From an uncultured Acidobacteriota bacterium (GTDB lineage Bacteria > Acidobacteriota > UBA6911 > RPQK01 > JAPXNP01), in NCBI GenBank assembly GCA_963777605.1, contig CAVZRV010000007.1:128001-192000 (forward strand): DNA of 64,000 nucleotides, written 5' to 3'. Each line of letters opens with the position of its first letter. Positions within the stretch are counted from its first letter, which is position 1. Positions 42,074 to 52,671 of the stretch are shown here, piece by piece. The position numbers and the translations under genes are program-made. Below the pieces are notes generated by a model that was not told where the DNA came from, searched no databases, and saw only the letters and a program-made list of their open reading frames with translations.

Positions 42074-43054
42074 CTAGAGCGCAGGTACTGTCGACATTAA
42101 CGAGGCAGCAGTCCGAGGATGCGTTTCAGCAAAATAGGGAGCTTTTCCAAGGCGACGAAGGGTATCTTCGATCCTTCCGGGACGACCCCAGTCACTCCAA
42201 TCCACCTGATCCATTGCAAGGAGAAGCAATCGTTCCGGCGCCTTCTGGAGAATGTGCCTGGACAGATCAGCGGCAACGATCCCGTCATACACCCATTCCA
42301 CCGTCCGGCGGAGGGAATTCGGATTGATTCCCTGAACTCTCGCCGTAGCAATCATCTGCCTCAATTCTTCGAACCTCTCCATCATCTGAGGGAAAATCTT
42401 CCTGGCCAAATCCCAAATCAGGCGAGCTCTGGAAGCGATAATCATGGTGTTCCAGTATCCACCTTCTTCAAAGAGCTTCTCAGCAGTTTCCCGGGGAGGC
42501 TTCTCGAAGAAGGAAGCTACCCCCAGAACACGCGTTCGCGCTCCATCGCCGGCAAAGGTCTTGACCCAGCCGTAGTCCACTTCGGGGCTGTCCGGCCGGG
42601 CTCCCATCAGAACCATCCGATCCGGACGGCAGGAAGCGAGGAGTGCCGAAGCCCTTGCGATCCTCCTGAATCGCGTCTCAGGGAAGACGTAGTGATCTGC
42701 AGGAAACACGTGCACAACAGCTCTCGGATCCTGCGCCATGACGTAAGTCAGAGGGAGAAGGAGCCCGGGCAGGGTGCCTCGTGCACAAGGCTGCTCAATG
42801 ACCGTTCCCCGAATCCTAGGGCAGGAATGGCGATCCAGGAAGCGCTTGTGGCCCGCCCCGATCACGGTCAAGAGCCGAGACTCGTCGGCAATCTGAGCAC
42901 ATCGATCCCAGGTGTGCTGAAGCATGGAGCGGGTACCAACGAACGTGCAGTACTGTTTGGGGCAGTCTTCACCCAGCCATTCACAGACTGCAGAGCTCAT
43001 CCTCCGTCCTTCGCCACCTGCCAGAACGATCGCCCAGCACTTGAAAGGCTCCAT
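42074..43054 (-). CDS. Sugar-phosphate nucleotidyltransferase (mannose-1-P guanylyltransferase-like)
   Basis: VLAGGEGRR, PKQY, QPCARGT, FPADH, DYGW, FFEKP, WNT, WSDWG; start 43054-43078. Confidence 0.88.
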   Translation of the reverse strand: MEPFKCWAIVLAGGEGRRMSSAVCEWLGEDCPKQYCTFVGTRSMLQHTWDRCAQIADESRLLTVIGAGHKRFLDRHSCPRIRGTVIEQPCARGTLPGLLLPLTYVMAQDPRAVVHVFPADHYVFPETRFRRIARASALLASCRPDRMVLMGARPDSPEVDYGWVKTFAGDGARTRVLGVASFFEKPPRETAEKLFEEGGYWNTMIIASRARLIWDLARKIFPQMMERFEELRQMIATARVQGINPNSLRRTVEWVYDGIVAADLSRHILQKAPERLLLLAMDQVDWSDWGRPGRIEDTLRRLGKAPYFAETHPRTAASLMSTVPAL

Positions 43055-43172
43055 CAAATCTCCTCGATGATCCATCATTCCTCTCCCGGAGCTTTACGAC
43101 GGGCCGAACGCTCCCCCTAAAGATCGCACTCGTCGCGAACTGTTTGAAATCCGCTATTTGTTGATTAGAGGA

Positions 43173-43188
43173 TGCATCTGCCGTTCCA
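43173..43188 (-). promoter_or_regulatory. Sigma-54-like promoter for the nucleotidyltransferase
   Basis: Minus strand TGGAACGGCAGATGCA = GG-N10-GC; palindrome GGGGCAAAATGTCCC at 43286-43300, about 100 bp upstream. Confidence 0.6.
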
Positions 43189-43577
43189 ATGCGCACCAAT
43201 GATCAATCAGCTCTCAAAATGCGGGTTCTGCGGGATTCACCAAAATGGGATGGCTCAACCAAGGCCGCAAGACAAGCAGGGAATCGGGGCAAAATGTCCC
43301 GGTAAAAGAGTCACAGTGGGGCGTCCGTGCACAGCCGGACGGCCTAGAACCGATGCCGTGGGCAACCGGACTCAGAATCCGCCCTTCGATCCGACTCGGA
43401 TGCGACCGGAATCCCGCAGCCGAACCTGCATAGATGGCCGAATCTTGACCGCAAGGGCTTGGCTGGTTACATTAGCGAATCCCACTGACATCGCTGGTCG
43501 GCCTACGGGTGAACGCCTGCACTCAGGAGACGACAAAGTCCGATCAGGCCGAAACAGTTTGACAGGCGGAGGCAACA

Positions 43578-44813
43578 ATGGTCCGGGATCGAAACAGAGG
43601 TTTGACCGGGTTGGTTCTTCGGTGGATCCTGAATGATCAGGAGGATCCGACTTCCCTCGAGGGACGATCGCGCCTCGGCGAGTTCGAAGGCCTGATTGGC
43701 CTGGTAATGAGCCTTGTGCTCGGCATAACCAAGGGCATTCTGGCCTGGATCACGTCGAGCATTTCCCTGCTCGCCGACGCCGTGAACAGCTTCGCCGACG
43801 TCGGCAGCAGCGTAATCGTGATGTTGGGATTCCGACTGGCCCGAAAGCCAAGGGACCGCCAACACCCTTACGGTCACGGTCGGCTCGAAACGGTCGCAAC
43901 GCTGGTTCTGGCCACCATCCTCGTCGGCGTTGCACTCGAAGTCGGGCGGGCGGGGATTGAGCGGCTTATCGAGCCGGTCGCCGTCTACGCCTCCGGCTGG
44001 ATCCTGGTTGCCGTCATAGCCACGATCGTCATCAAAGCAGGGATGGCACGCTTTGCCCATCAGCTTGCGCGAATCACCCACTCTTCCATGCTTAAGGCGG
44101 ACGCCTGGAACCACACTTTCGACATAGTGAGCACGACCCTTGTCCTGTTGGCGCTGGTTTCGTCGCGATTCGGCCTGGCCATGGTGGACGGTTGGGCGGG
44201 GATCGGTGTTTCCGTCCTGATCGGCTACACCGGGTACCGATACATCCAGGAGGCCGTTCATTCATTGATAGGGGAAGCCCCTCCGCACGAAGACCTTCAC
44301 CTCATTCAAAAGGTGGCGCGCAGCGTTCCCGGCGTCTTCGGGGTTCACGACATAATCGTCCATGACTACGGAGACCGGCGGCTTATCTCACTCCACGCTG
44401 AAGTTGACGCCGATCAGTCGGCCCTGGAGGTTCACGACCTGGCCGAACGTGTGGAGGAAACGGTCTCGGATGCCCTCGTGGCCAAGGTGACGGTTCATTC
44501 CGACCCGGTCGATCGCAGCCACCCTCTGTATCGTCCGGCAAGCGACGCTGTCCAGGATATCGTTGAATCGCAGGGAGATGTAGTCGGTTTTCACGATCTC
44601 CGGGTGGAAGGAGACACCAATGGATTCGATCTTTCCGTGGACCTCGTAGTCTGCTCGGAGGTAGCCCAGGGAGACTTCAGCCCGGTCTCGGATCGCCTGG
44701 CTCGCCGAATCCGCTCTCGCCTGTCTGCGCTGAAAACACTCACCCTCGGGATAGAACTCGAATATGCCAGTGACCAGGAGTTCCGGAAGGTCTATAGGAT
44801 AATGGAACCGTGA
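43578..44813 (+). CDS. Cation diffusion facilitator transporter
   Basis: SLLADAVNSFAD, HPYGHGRLE, ADAWNHTFD, HDIIVHDYG, second FHDLR domain. Confidence 0.92.
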   Translation: MVRDRNRGLTGLVLRWILNDQEDPTSLEGRSRLGEFEGLIGLVMSLVLGITKGILAWITSSISLLADAVNSFADVGSSVIVMLGFRLARKPRDRQHPYGHGRLETVATLVLATILVGVALEVGRAGIERLIEPVAVYASGWILVAVIATIVIKAGMARFAHQLARITHSSMLKADAWNHTFDIVSTTLVLLALVSSRFGLAMVDGWAGIGVSVLIGYTGYRYIQEAVHSLIGEAPPHEDLHLIQKVARSVPGVFGVHDIIVHDYGDRRLISLHAEVDADQSALEVHDLAERVEETVSDALVAKVTVHSDPVDRSHPLYRPASDAVQDIVESQGDVVGFHDLRVEGDTNGFDLSVDLVVCSEVAQGDFSPVSDRLARRIRSRLSALKTLTLGIELEYASDQEFRKVYRIMEP

Positions 44814-45658
44814 AGCTTTACCTGATCGACGGAACGTACGAGCTCTTTCGCTACTACTTTGGGGCTCCCAAGCGACAGGCCCCGGACGGAACCGAAGTCG
44901 GTGCAGTCACGGCTTTGTTGAGAGGGACCTGGTCATGGCTGAATAGAGAGACAATCACTTCCGCAGCGGTTGCCTTCGACACCGTTGTCGAGTCATTTCG
45001 CAACGGGCTCTATGCAGGCTACAAGTCGAGTGCCGGGATCCCCCCGGACCTGCTCTCCCAGTTTCCTCTCGCGGAAGAGGCGCTCAAAGCCCTGGGGCTG
45101 CGCATCTGGCCGATGACCGACTTCGAGGCAGATGACGCAATCGCGACCGCAGCCCATCAGTGGGCTGCGAAGGACGGGTTCGAGCAGATCATCATCTGCT
45201 CTCCGGACAAGGACTTCTCCCAGTGCGTCAGCGGCAGCCGGGTGGTTTGCCTCGATCGTCGCCACAATCGGATCAGCGACGAACCGGCTGTCCTCGAACG
45301 GTTCGGGGTCGCCCCGGCTTCAATTCCCGACTGGCAGGCCCTCGTCGGAGATTCCGCGGACGGATATCCTGGGCTCCCGGGTTGGGGAAAGAGTTCCGCA
45401 ACGGCCGTCCTTTCGGCTTGGCCTCACCTGGAAGAAATTCCTCGTGACGCCGAGCGATGGGACAAATCCATTCGGAACCGGACGAAGCTGGCAACAACCC
45501 TCGGGGAGCGCTGGGAGGAAGCTCTCTTGTACCGGAAACTTGCCACACTCCGCACCGATGCGCCGATCGGCATGGAAATGGAAGACCTCCGCTGGAAAGG
45601 ACCGCGCCCCCAGCTCGCCGATTTTATTCGTAGAATCGGCGATTCGTTCCGTCCCTAA
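44810..45658 (+). CDS. Stand-alone 5'-3' exonuclease / flap endonuclease
   Basis: LIDGTYELFR, FRN.LY.GYK, FEADDAIA, SPDKD, ALVGDSADGYPGLPGWG. Confidence 0.92.
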   Translation: MKLYLIDGTYELFRYYFGAPKRQAPDGTEVGAVTALLRGTWSWLNRETITSAAVAFDTVVESFRNGLYAGYKSSAGIPPDLLSQFPLAEEALKALGLRIWPMTDFEADDAIATAAHQWAAKDGFEQIIICSPDKDFSQCVSGSRVVCLDRRHNRISDEPAVLERFGVAPASIPDWQALVGDSADGYPGLPGWGKSSATAVLSAWPHLEEIPRDAERWDKSIRNRTKLATTLGERWEEALLYRKLATLRTDAPIGMEMEDLRWKGPRPQLADFIRRIGDSFRP

Positions 45659-45664
45659 ACGGCT

Positions 45665-46597
45665 TCAATGCATCTCGATTTCGCAGGAACCGATACCGCC
45701 CCGATAGTAGTTGAACTGGACGTTGGGATGCTCTGCCAAGAGCGACATCGGCACCGCAGTATTGACGATACCTTTTGAAATCATGAACGCGGTCAGGCGC
45801 TGGCCAAAGGGGTTGTCGTGATTGCCGGCGTGCCAAATCGAAACCTTCTCCGCCTTCCAGGTCTCTACTGGTCCCACGGTGACCGCTCGGACAGGAACAA
45901 GGGAGATGTTTCCTCCCCCACTGGTGCGTGCATTCTGGGCGATCGTCAATGGATGCAGATCGACCACGCGGGTAGCCAGCTTCCGATACTCCTCCGCCGG
46001 TGGAGGATCATCGAGATCGGGCGCCTTCCTCTTGGGGGGATCATTGAAAGCCCAGTGCTTCACATCTCCCTGTCCTCCCTGCATGACAGCGCAACGGATC
46101 CCGGCATCCCAACTCTTTCGGTATGCGCTGGTATCGGCTTTCGGGAAATGCAGGTTGGAATCGGGCATCCGCAAATCCTGCCGGATTCGATTGAAACAGA
46201 GTTCCCGATCGGCTTTCTCGAAAGAAAGGGGATGGTCGGCTGAAACTTCTGTGTCACCGATAACCCACTCGTCCATTCCCCAGAAATGGCCCGAGTTAAC
46301 CTTGAGATCCAACTCGTTGACCAGACGGGCAACCAGGGGCAACTGCTCTGTCGGCCCGATCGGACCGCAAACCCCTGCGGGGTTATCCTCCGTGGACTGA
46401 CGCCAGGCATTGATGTACTCCAGGGCTTCGGTCAAATAGAACTCTTCGAGCGTGTCGTACAGGACGACCTTGAAACCCGGCCTGGAGAGACGCTCCATGT
46501 CCCCGCCCGACAACCGGGCGGATTCGGCGATAAGATCATCATCGAGAATCGTGTAGTCCCACCAGTCCGATGAGATTGAGCTCAGTTTGCTTCCCAA
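45665..46597 (-). CDS. Glucosamine-6-phosphate isomerase (NagB)-like protein
   Basis: TTG start behind GAGGAGG; [41 protein letters not shown]. Confidence 0.75.
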   Translation of the reverse strand: MGSKLSSISSDWWDYTILDDDLIAESARLSGGDMERLSRPGFKVVLYDTLEEFYLTEALEYINAWRQSTEDNPAGVCGPIGPTEQLPLVARLVNELDLKVNSGHFWGMDEWVIGDTEVSADHPLSFEKADRELCFNRIRQDLRMPDSNLHFPKADTSAYRKSWDAGIRCAVMQGGQGDVKHWAFNDPPKRKAPDLDDPPPAEEYRKLATRVVDLHPLTIAQNARTSGGGNISLVPVRAVTVGPVETWKAEKVSIWHAGNHDNPFGQRLTAFMISKGIVNTAVPMSLLAEHPNVQFNYYRGGIGSCEIEMH

Positions 46598-46619
46598 TTT
46601 CGTCTCCTCCTCTTTATCC

Positions 46620-47492
46620 CTACGCCGACATTGCATCGACGACGAGTTTGTTAAAAAGGGCCAACTGCTCGCGCATCGCAGCAACGCGATCGGCAGGTTC
46701 ACTGCTGGCCTCGAGCAGGACCCAGCCGGCATAACCGGAATCGACCAGAAGTTTGAACAGTTGCGGATAGGGATACGTCGGGTCGTTCAACACCCGAACG
46801 TGAATCGTGTCGCCGAATCGATTTCGCAACGATTTGAAGTTCTTTTCGAGCCCCGGCGGCAACAAGTCCTGTGCGTTGCAGTTCCAGCAGGTTCCCACGT
46901 TATCTTCCGTTATCTGGTCGAAGATCGCTTTAATGACGGGGATCTCGGCCGTTTTCCGCCCGTGCACCTCGACGCGAATGAACTGGCCGTAGTCTTTCGC
47001 ATATCGGCCAACCTCGTTGATGGCCGACGCAATCTGGGCAATCGTCTTTTCACGAGGCACATCGTCTGGAAGGTTGTTCGGCTTCACCTTGACACCGCTC
47101 GCCCCGATATCGTGGCACAACTTGATCAATTCGAAAGTACCTTCAATGTTGCGCCTGACCTCCGCCGGATCGGGAGAGTGAAACTCCTGGTTGGACCCGT
47201 AACCGACACAGGTTACCCCCGAGTCCGCAAACCGACGCTTGACGTCTTTACGCTGCGCCTGAGACAGGGTGGGTTCGACACCGTGAGCGTGCTGGGTCCG
47301 CAATTCGACACCGGCAAAATTCGCCTTGCGGCAGTTTTCAATAAGGGTCGGCAAATCCCAGTCTTTCCCCCACTGATAGGTCACCAATCCGAAACGCATG
47401 CCAGTTTCAGGAGCAGCCTTGACCCGCCACCAGCGAGTGGCCGCAGAACCAGCAGTAACGGACAAAAACGACCTGCGACTCCAGTTCTTCAT
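46620..47492 (-). CDS. Sugar phosphate isomerase/epimerase-like TIM barrel with Tat signal
   Basis: SRRSFL; [27 protein letters not shown]. Confidence 0.85.
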   Translation of the reverse strand: MKNWSRRSFLSVTAGSAATRWWRVKAAPETGMRFGLVTYQWGKDWDLPTLIENCRKANFAGVELRTQHAHGVEPTLSQAQRKDVKRRFADSGVTCVGYGSNQEFHSPDPAEVRRNIEGTFELIKLCHDIGASGVKVKPNNLPDDVPREKTIAQIASAINEVGRYAKDYGQFIRVEVHGRKTAEIPVIKAIFDQITEDNVGTCWNCNAQDLLPPGLEKNFKSLRNRFGDTIHVRVLNDPTYPYPQLFKLLVDSGYAGWVLLEASSEPADRVAAMREQLALFNKLVVDAMSA

Positions 47493-47620
47493 CTCAATAT
47501 TCTCCTGTCTTCCTGGGTCCGGAGTTTTCCTGGTGCTTCCCGAGCCAAGTTGCGCAAGGAACCCCTCAGGCGCTTGCTTCTTCACTCATTCTTAGACGAC
47601 CCGCGACCCGGGGAGTTGCG

Positions 47621-48961
47621 TCAAGTTTGATCTTGCACCAAATCTTCCGGCAAGGCCGACCCTTTTGTCTCCGGTGCCCAGTACAAGGCAATCATACCTA
47701 CAACGTAAATAAAAGACATCAGCAATGCCGCCGTCCGGATCCCCAGGCTGGCCGCCAAGTACCCGAGAAGGATTGGGGCAGGGGCAGCAAGATAGCGGAC
47801 AGTGTTGTAGCAGAAACCGACTCCAGTCCCCCTCAACCGAGTCGGATAGAGCTCCGGAAAGTAGATCGAATAGCCGGCAAAGACAGCCAGTTGCGCGAAG
47901 CCCATCATCGGCAGCATCCAGTAGGCATCGGAGGCCGAGTTAAGCGAGTTGAACACGTAGATCGTGAACACGAGGCAAATTCCGAATGAAATCAAGAATG
48001 CCAGCCTCCGCCCCAGGTAGGTGGCAACGAACGTGAAAGCCATCATGCCCATAAACGCACCCACATCCTGCAAAGCAGTCGCCTTGGCACGAACCTCATC
48101 AATGACCTGTTGGCTTTGGCCCGCCAATGCCGTCGAGATCAACTCGGGAGAGAAGAATCCGATCCCCCACAGCCCGATCATCCCGGAAACGCCCAGGCAC
48201 AGGCCTACGATGGTGTTTCGACGCCATCTCGGATGACTGAATAGCTCCAGCGGAGACCCGACCTTCTTTTGCAGCCCTCTGGTATTCGCGGTCGCCTTAG
48301 CTTGTCTCCACGGCTCCGGTTCCCGCAAGATCCCCACGATCGGAATCACCAGGAGCGCCGGCAAAATTCCCACGAAAAAGAGAGAGCGCCATCCCGCAAA
48401 GCCGAAGATTACATCCTGAGCACCCGGCTGAACCCAGTAACTGATGGTCGAGCCGAGGATATTACCGGTTGCAGAGAGCGCCTGAAGTGAACCCAGGGCC
48501 ATCGACCGAAATCCAGACGGCACACTTTCCGCGACCAGGGTAGTCGCAGCGCCGAACATCCCTCCTACCCCAAGGCCAACCAGGAACCGGTAGATCGTGA
48601 AGTCGATCCATCCGTGTGCCAGGCCGGAAAGGCCGGTGAAACCCGAGTAAATCAGCAGGGTGACCACCATCGTTCGAACGCGGCCCCAGCGGTCGCTCAT
48701 AACCCCGAAGATAATTCCGCCGGTCGCCCAACCCAGGATCATCGACGTGGTGGCGTAGCCCAGGTACTGCTGAATGACTGCCACAGCGGCCTGGTCGTTT
48801 CCCAGGAGTTCCCGCAGAGCCGATTCCCGCGCGAGGATGAATATCCTCTGGTCCATACAGTCAAAGAGCCAGCCACAGGATGCAACGAGGACGACTATCC
48901 AATGGTAGGCGGTGACCCCTTCCAGCACTCCCTTGCTCGACCCATCCGGCGACTTCGACAA
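47621..48961 (-). CDS. MFS transporter
   Basis: TTG start behind AAGGAGG; GWLFDCMDQ, SDRWGR, AESVP, PELYPTRLRGTG, APETKG. Confidence 0.93.
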   Translation of the reverse strand: MSKSPDGSSKGVLEGVTAYHWIVVLVASCGWLFDCMDQRIFILARESALRELLGNDQAAVAVIQQYLGYATTSMILGWATGGIIFGVMSDRWGRVRTMVVTLLIYSGFTGLSGLAHGWIDFTIYRFLVGLGVGGMFGAATTLVAESVPSGFRSMALGSLQALSATGNILGSTISYWVQPGAQDVIFGFAGWRSLFFVGILPALLVIPIVGILREPEPWRQAKATANTRGLQKKVGSPLELFSHPRWRRNTIVGLCLGVSGMIGLWGIGFFSPELISTALAGQSQQVIDEVRAKATALQDVGAFMGMMAFTFVATYLGRRLAFLISFGICLVFTIYVFNSLNSASDAYWMLPMMGFAQLAVFAGYSIYFPELYPTRLRGTGVGFCYNTVRYLAAPAPILLGYLAASLGIRTAALLMSFIYVVGMIALYWAPETKGSALPEDLVQDQT

Positions 48962-48962
48962 T

Positions 48963-49436
48963 TCAGCATCCTCCTTGGTGAACCCGGCGCGCTGCCGCGG
49001 GCCAGAGGCCACAACGCTTCACCTGGCCATGCAACACTCGGAAACGGCGTCGAGCCTCAAACGACTCGAAGCTGACGACACTCCCATCGCTTTCCGGTTC
49101 GGCCAGGTAGCGACTCCAGCGGTCTCGCGCTTCCTGAGGAGTCTCCCACCGGCTCAGTGCTACTGTCCAGGAGTATCTGACCATAGCCAGTTGAACGGGC
49201 ACCAAACCCAATTTCTCGGCTTTGCGCACGCGGTAACGAACTTTCTCTCGGACTTTGGGAGAAAAACCCTCCTCGAAGATTCGGACTATTCTCTTCCAGT
49301 ACTTCAATTTTGAGCGCCCAATCGGACCCTGGTTCCGGGTCTCTTCCCGAACCAGGTAAAACTCCAGGAGCACTCCAAGGTATTGGTCCTGGTGCTCGAT
49401 TCTTGCTTCGGTGCCCTCGACGATTTGTTCAGTCAT
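48963..49436 (-). CDS. Hypothetical protein
   Basis: 157-aa ORF with helical composition, co-oriented and abutting the MFS gene; no motif recognised. Confidence 0.5.
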   Translation of the reverse strand: MTEQIVEGTEARIEHQDQYLGVLLEFYLVREETRNQGPIGRSKLKYWKRIVRIFEEGFSPKVREKVRYRVRKAEKLGLVPVQLAMVRYSWTVALSRWETPQEARDRWSRYLAEPESDGSVVSFESFEARRRFRVLHGQVKRCGLWPAAARRVHQGGC

Positions 49437-49501
49437 AAGTACCTGCCAATCCTGGAACCGTTAGTCTACCGTCAGGGGTTGACGTTCCAATGTTCTCAGA
49501 G

Positions 49502-49697
49502 CTTCCAGCCCGGCCAAGGGTGTCCGCCCTTGGCATCCTGCCTGGGATGTCAGCCCGGGGCCTTCCAGCCCGGCCTCGGCAAGCGAGTTCGAAATTCGGC
49601 TCAGCGTTCCAAGTCCCACGCCCGGAGGGGCTTACGTCGGGCAAGATGCCCTCGCGACATCACAGGCAGGATGCCTGGACTACTCTTCACCCCGGGA
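49502..49697. repeat. REPIN-like inverted repeat, family B
   Basis: GGCATCCTGCCTGGGATGTC (49532-49551) pairs 19/20 with GACATCACAGGCAGGATGCC (49656-49675); CTTCCAGCCCGGCC occurs twice. Confidence 0.7.
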
Positions 49698-49773
49698 CCG
49701 CGAAATCCTGCGACCCAATTTCCAGCTAACGAATTCGGTCCTTTCCGCCGAAGATCTCTATGAGACTTTGCTG

Positions 49774-50004
49774 ATGTACACACTAAACAAACTCGCCGAG
49801 ATTACCGAATGTCCTCCCTCGATTTTCGCGGAAGCGAAATCGCTCCAGGAACTCTTCTTCGTTGAAAGTCGATGTGAACAGGAGCTTTATCTAGCCACAC
49901 GCAACAAAGACTGGCGGGAGTTGGAGCGGTTGATGCCGATGTACGAGGATCTCCACATGGAGATCATGATGCGACTCTGGCAAACGGTCCAGCCGGACGA
50001 TTAG
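49774..50004 (+). CDS. Small hypothetical acidic helical protein
   Basis: 76-aa ORF MYTLNKLAEI..WQTVQPDD, convergent with ilvD; no strong RBS. Confidence 0.5.
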   Translation: MYTLNKLAEITECPPSIFAEAKSLQELFFVESRCEQELYLATRNKDWRELERLMPMYEDLHMEIMMRLWQTVQPDD

Positions 50005-50014
50005 AATGTCCGGC

Positions 50015-51703
50015 CTATGAAGCACTCGGTAACCGAGTGACAGCACCCTCCGAGGCCGAGGATACACTCGCAGCGTACTTCGCAAAGACGCCCCTTGTAT
50101 AGCGTGGCTCCGGCGGTTGCCAGGCCGTTTTTCGGCGATCCAGCTCACTCTCTGAGAGTTCGACTTCCAGGCTTCTGGCGGAGATGTCGATCCGTATCAG
50201 GTCGCCCGTTTCCACCAAAGCGATGGGGCCGCCCTTAATGGCTTCCGGCGTGGCGTGGCCGATCATCAGGCCCCGGGTAGCCCCGCTGAACCGACCGTCA
50301 GTGACCAGGGCCACGCTCTCGCCCAGGCCGGCTCCGACGATCGCGCCCGTAACCCCCAGCATCTCTCTCATTCCAGGACCACCGGCCGGGCCTTCGTATC
50401 GGATGATCACCACGTCGCCGGCCTGGATCTGCCCCGATGTGACTGCAGCCATAGCATCCTCTTCACAGTCAAAAACCCGGGCTGGACCGGAGTGGGCCGC
50501 CCGCTCGTGCCCGGTAATCTTGACCACTGCACCTTCTGGAGCCAGGCTTCCTTTTAGAATGGCGAGGCCGCCCGAAGTCTTGATGGGATCGTGAACCGGC
50601 CGCACTACATCCTGGCCCTCTGTCTCGCGGGCCTGTCCAGCCTCTTCCGCGAGAGTCCGGCCCGTCGGGGTCAACTGGCTGCCATCCACGAACCCTCCCT
50701 GGACCAGGCGCTGCGCAACGAGTTCGATGCCACCTGCCTTAAAGAGATCTGCCGCCAGGTAACGGCCCCAGGGTTTCAAGTCTGCCAGGAGAGGGCTCCT
50801 CCTGCTGACAACGTCGAAGTCATCGATATCCAGGGGGATGTTGGCTTCACGCGCCAAAGCGATCAGGTGGAGAACGGAGTTGGTCGATCCGCCGGTTGCC
50901 GAGACACCCGTTATCGCATTTTCGAAGGACTTCCGGGTCAGTATCCGGCTCGGAGTGAGTTCCTGTTCGAGCATTGCCATTATCAGGCGGCCGCAACGGC
51001 GTGCGACCTCGTCCTTGCCCGGATCGACAGCCGGGGTACTCGCCGTCCCCAAAGCCGAAAGTCCCAGGAACTCGAGCGCGGTCGCCATCGTGTTGGCAGT
51101 GAACTGACCGCCACAGGCTCCCGGACCCGGGCACGCCACCTCCTCGATCTGGTGGAGTTCATCTTCACTGATCTTCCCTGCGGATGCTGCGCCGATCGCT
51201 TCGAAAACGTCCTGAATGTTCACGTCACGCCCATGATATCGGCCGGGCATTATTGTTCCCCCATAGAGAACCAGGGACGGGACATCGAGCCGGATCGCTG
51301 CCATCGCGGCACCCGGGATGGTCTTATCGCAGCCGACCAGAGCAATAATCGCGTCGAACATGTAGCCTCGCCCGGCCAGTTCGATGGAGTCGGCGATTAC
51401 TTCACGGCTCACGAGGGAGGCCTTCATACCTTCTATTCCCATCGTGATCGCATCGCTGATAGCGATGGTGTTGAACTCCATCGGCGTTCCACCGGCTTCC
51501 CGCACTCCCTCTTTGACTCGTGCCGCAAGCTCCCGCAGGTGGATATTGCAGGGCATCGTCTCTATCCAGGTGTTGGCAATTCCAATAATGGGCCTGGAGA
51601 GATCTTCGTGAGTAAAACCCACAGCCTTGAAAAAGGCACGGGCTCCGGCCCGGTTCCTGCCCTCAGTAACTACCCTGCTCTTGTGCTTTCCCAAACCTTT
51701 CAT
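50015..51703 (-). CDS. ilvD: Dihydroxy-acid dehydratase
   Basis: [63 protein letters not shown]. Confidence 0.96.
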   Translation of the reverse strand: MKGLGKHKSRVVTEGRNRAGARAFFKAVGFTHEDLSRPIIGIANTWIETMPCNIHLRELAARVKEGVREAGGTPMEFNTIAISDAITMGIEGMKASLVSREVIADSIELAGRGYMFDAIIALVGCDKTIPGAAMAAIRLDVPSLVLYGGTIMPGRYHGRDVNIQDVFEAIGAASAGKISEDELHQIEEVACPGPGACGGQFTANTMATALEFLGLSALGTASTPAVDPGKDEVARRCGRLIMAMLEQELTPSRILTRKSFENAITGVSATGGSTNSVLHLIALAREANIPLDIDDFDVVSRRSPLLADLKPWGRYLAADLFKAGGIELVAQRLVQGGFVDGSQLTPTGRTLAEEAGQARETEGQDVVRPVHDPIKTSGGLAILKGSLAPEGAVVKITGHERAAHSGPARVFDCEEDAMAAVTSGQIQAGDVVIIRYEGPAGGPGMREMLGVTGAIVGAGLGESVALVTDGRFSGATRGLMIGHATPEAIKGGPIALVETGDLIRIDISARSLEVELSESELDRRKTAWQPPEPRYTRGVFAKYAASVSSASEGAVTRLPSAS

Positions 51704-51812
51704 AGATTCATCTCCTTCGGCGACCTGCGACTCTATCTCTATTCTGTCCCGCGTCCGTTCCTCAGTCCAGTGGGACTTGTTCTCGATGCGGCCTCAGCTA
51801 TCATAGGAGGTG

Positions 51813-52667
51813 ATGAAATTGTTGCGCGTAGGACCCCTGGGACAGGAAACCCCTGCCTTGCTGGACGAAAACGGAATCGTTCGAGACCTGTCGGAGCACG
51901 TACCGGACTGGTCCGGGCAGCATTTGCGGCGAAAGACACTGGATCGGATCGCCACTCTCGATACTGCGAGCCTTCCAGCGGTCGAACCGGGTAAGCGGGT
52001 TGGCTCCTGTGTCGATCGGCCGGGGAAGTTCATCTGCATCGGCCTGAACTACTCGGATCACGCTGCGGAAGCCGGCATGGAGGTTCCACAGTTCCCTATT
52101 GTCTTTTTCAAGGCAACCAGTGCGGTCTGCGGTCCGTATGACGACGTCGAGATCCCGAAGGATTCGACCAAGGCCGACTGGGAAGTCGAACTGGGTGTCG
52201 TTATTGGGGAACCGGCCAAGTATGTCAGCGAAGCCGGCGCTCTCGACCATGTCGCGGGCTACTGCGTTGTCAACGACCTGTCCGAGCGTGCTTTTCAACT
52301 CGAACGCGGCGGCCAGTGGGTCAAGGGAAAGAGCCATGACACTTTCGGCCCGATCGGGCCGTGGCTGGTGACTGCCGACGAGATCCCAAACCCGCAGAAC
52401 CTGCGTTTGTGGCTCGAAGTTGACGGCGTACGATACCAGGATGGCAACACTTCCAAAATGATATTTGCGGTTGCGGAGCTGGTCAGCCACTTGAGCGAGT
52501 GCATGACCCTGCGTCCCGGGGACATCATCTCCACGGGGACCCCGCCCGGCGTCGGAATGGGCATCAAGCCCGAGCCAATCTTCCTGCGCGAGGGCCAGGA
52601 GATGCACCTGGGCGTGGAAGGGCTCGGCGCACAACGGCAGAAGACGATCCGATGGCGGGAGGTGTAA
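51813..52667 (+). CDS. Fumarylacetoacetate hydrolase family protein
   Basis: CIGLNYSDH, DWEVEL, NDLSER.FQ, GQWVKGKS, STGTPPGVG. Confidence 0.93.
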   Translation: MKLLRVGPLGQETPALLDENGIVRDLSEHVPDWSGQHLRRKTLDRIATLDTASLPAVEPGKRVGSCVDRPGKFICIGLNYSDHAAEAGMEVPQFPIVFFKATSAVCGPYDDVEIPKDSTKADWEVELGVVIGEPAKYVSEAGALDHVAGYCVVNDLSERAFQLERGGQWVKGKSHDTFGPIGPWLVTADEIPNPQNLRLWLEVDGVRYQDGNTSKMIFAVAELVSHLSECMTLRPGDIISTGTPPGVGMGIKPEPIFLREGQEMHLGVEGLGAQRQKTIRWREV

Positions 52668-52671
52668 GACA

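Noticed and set aside
50015-51703. ilvD as the missing pentonate dehydratase
   Set aside because: Motifs such as [10 protein letters not shown] and [15 protein letters not shown] fit canonical dihydroxy-acid dehydratase; only the divergent FAH gene suggests otherwise.
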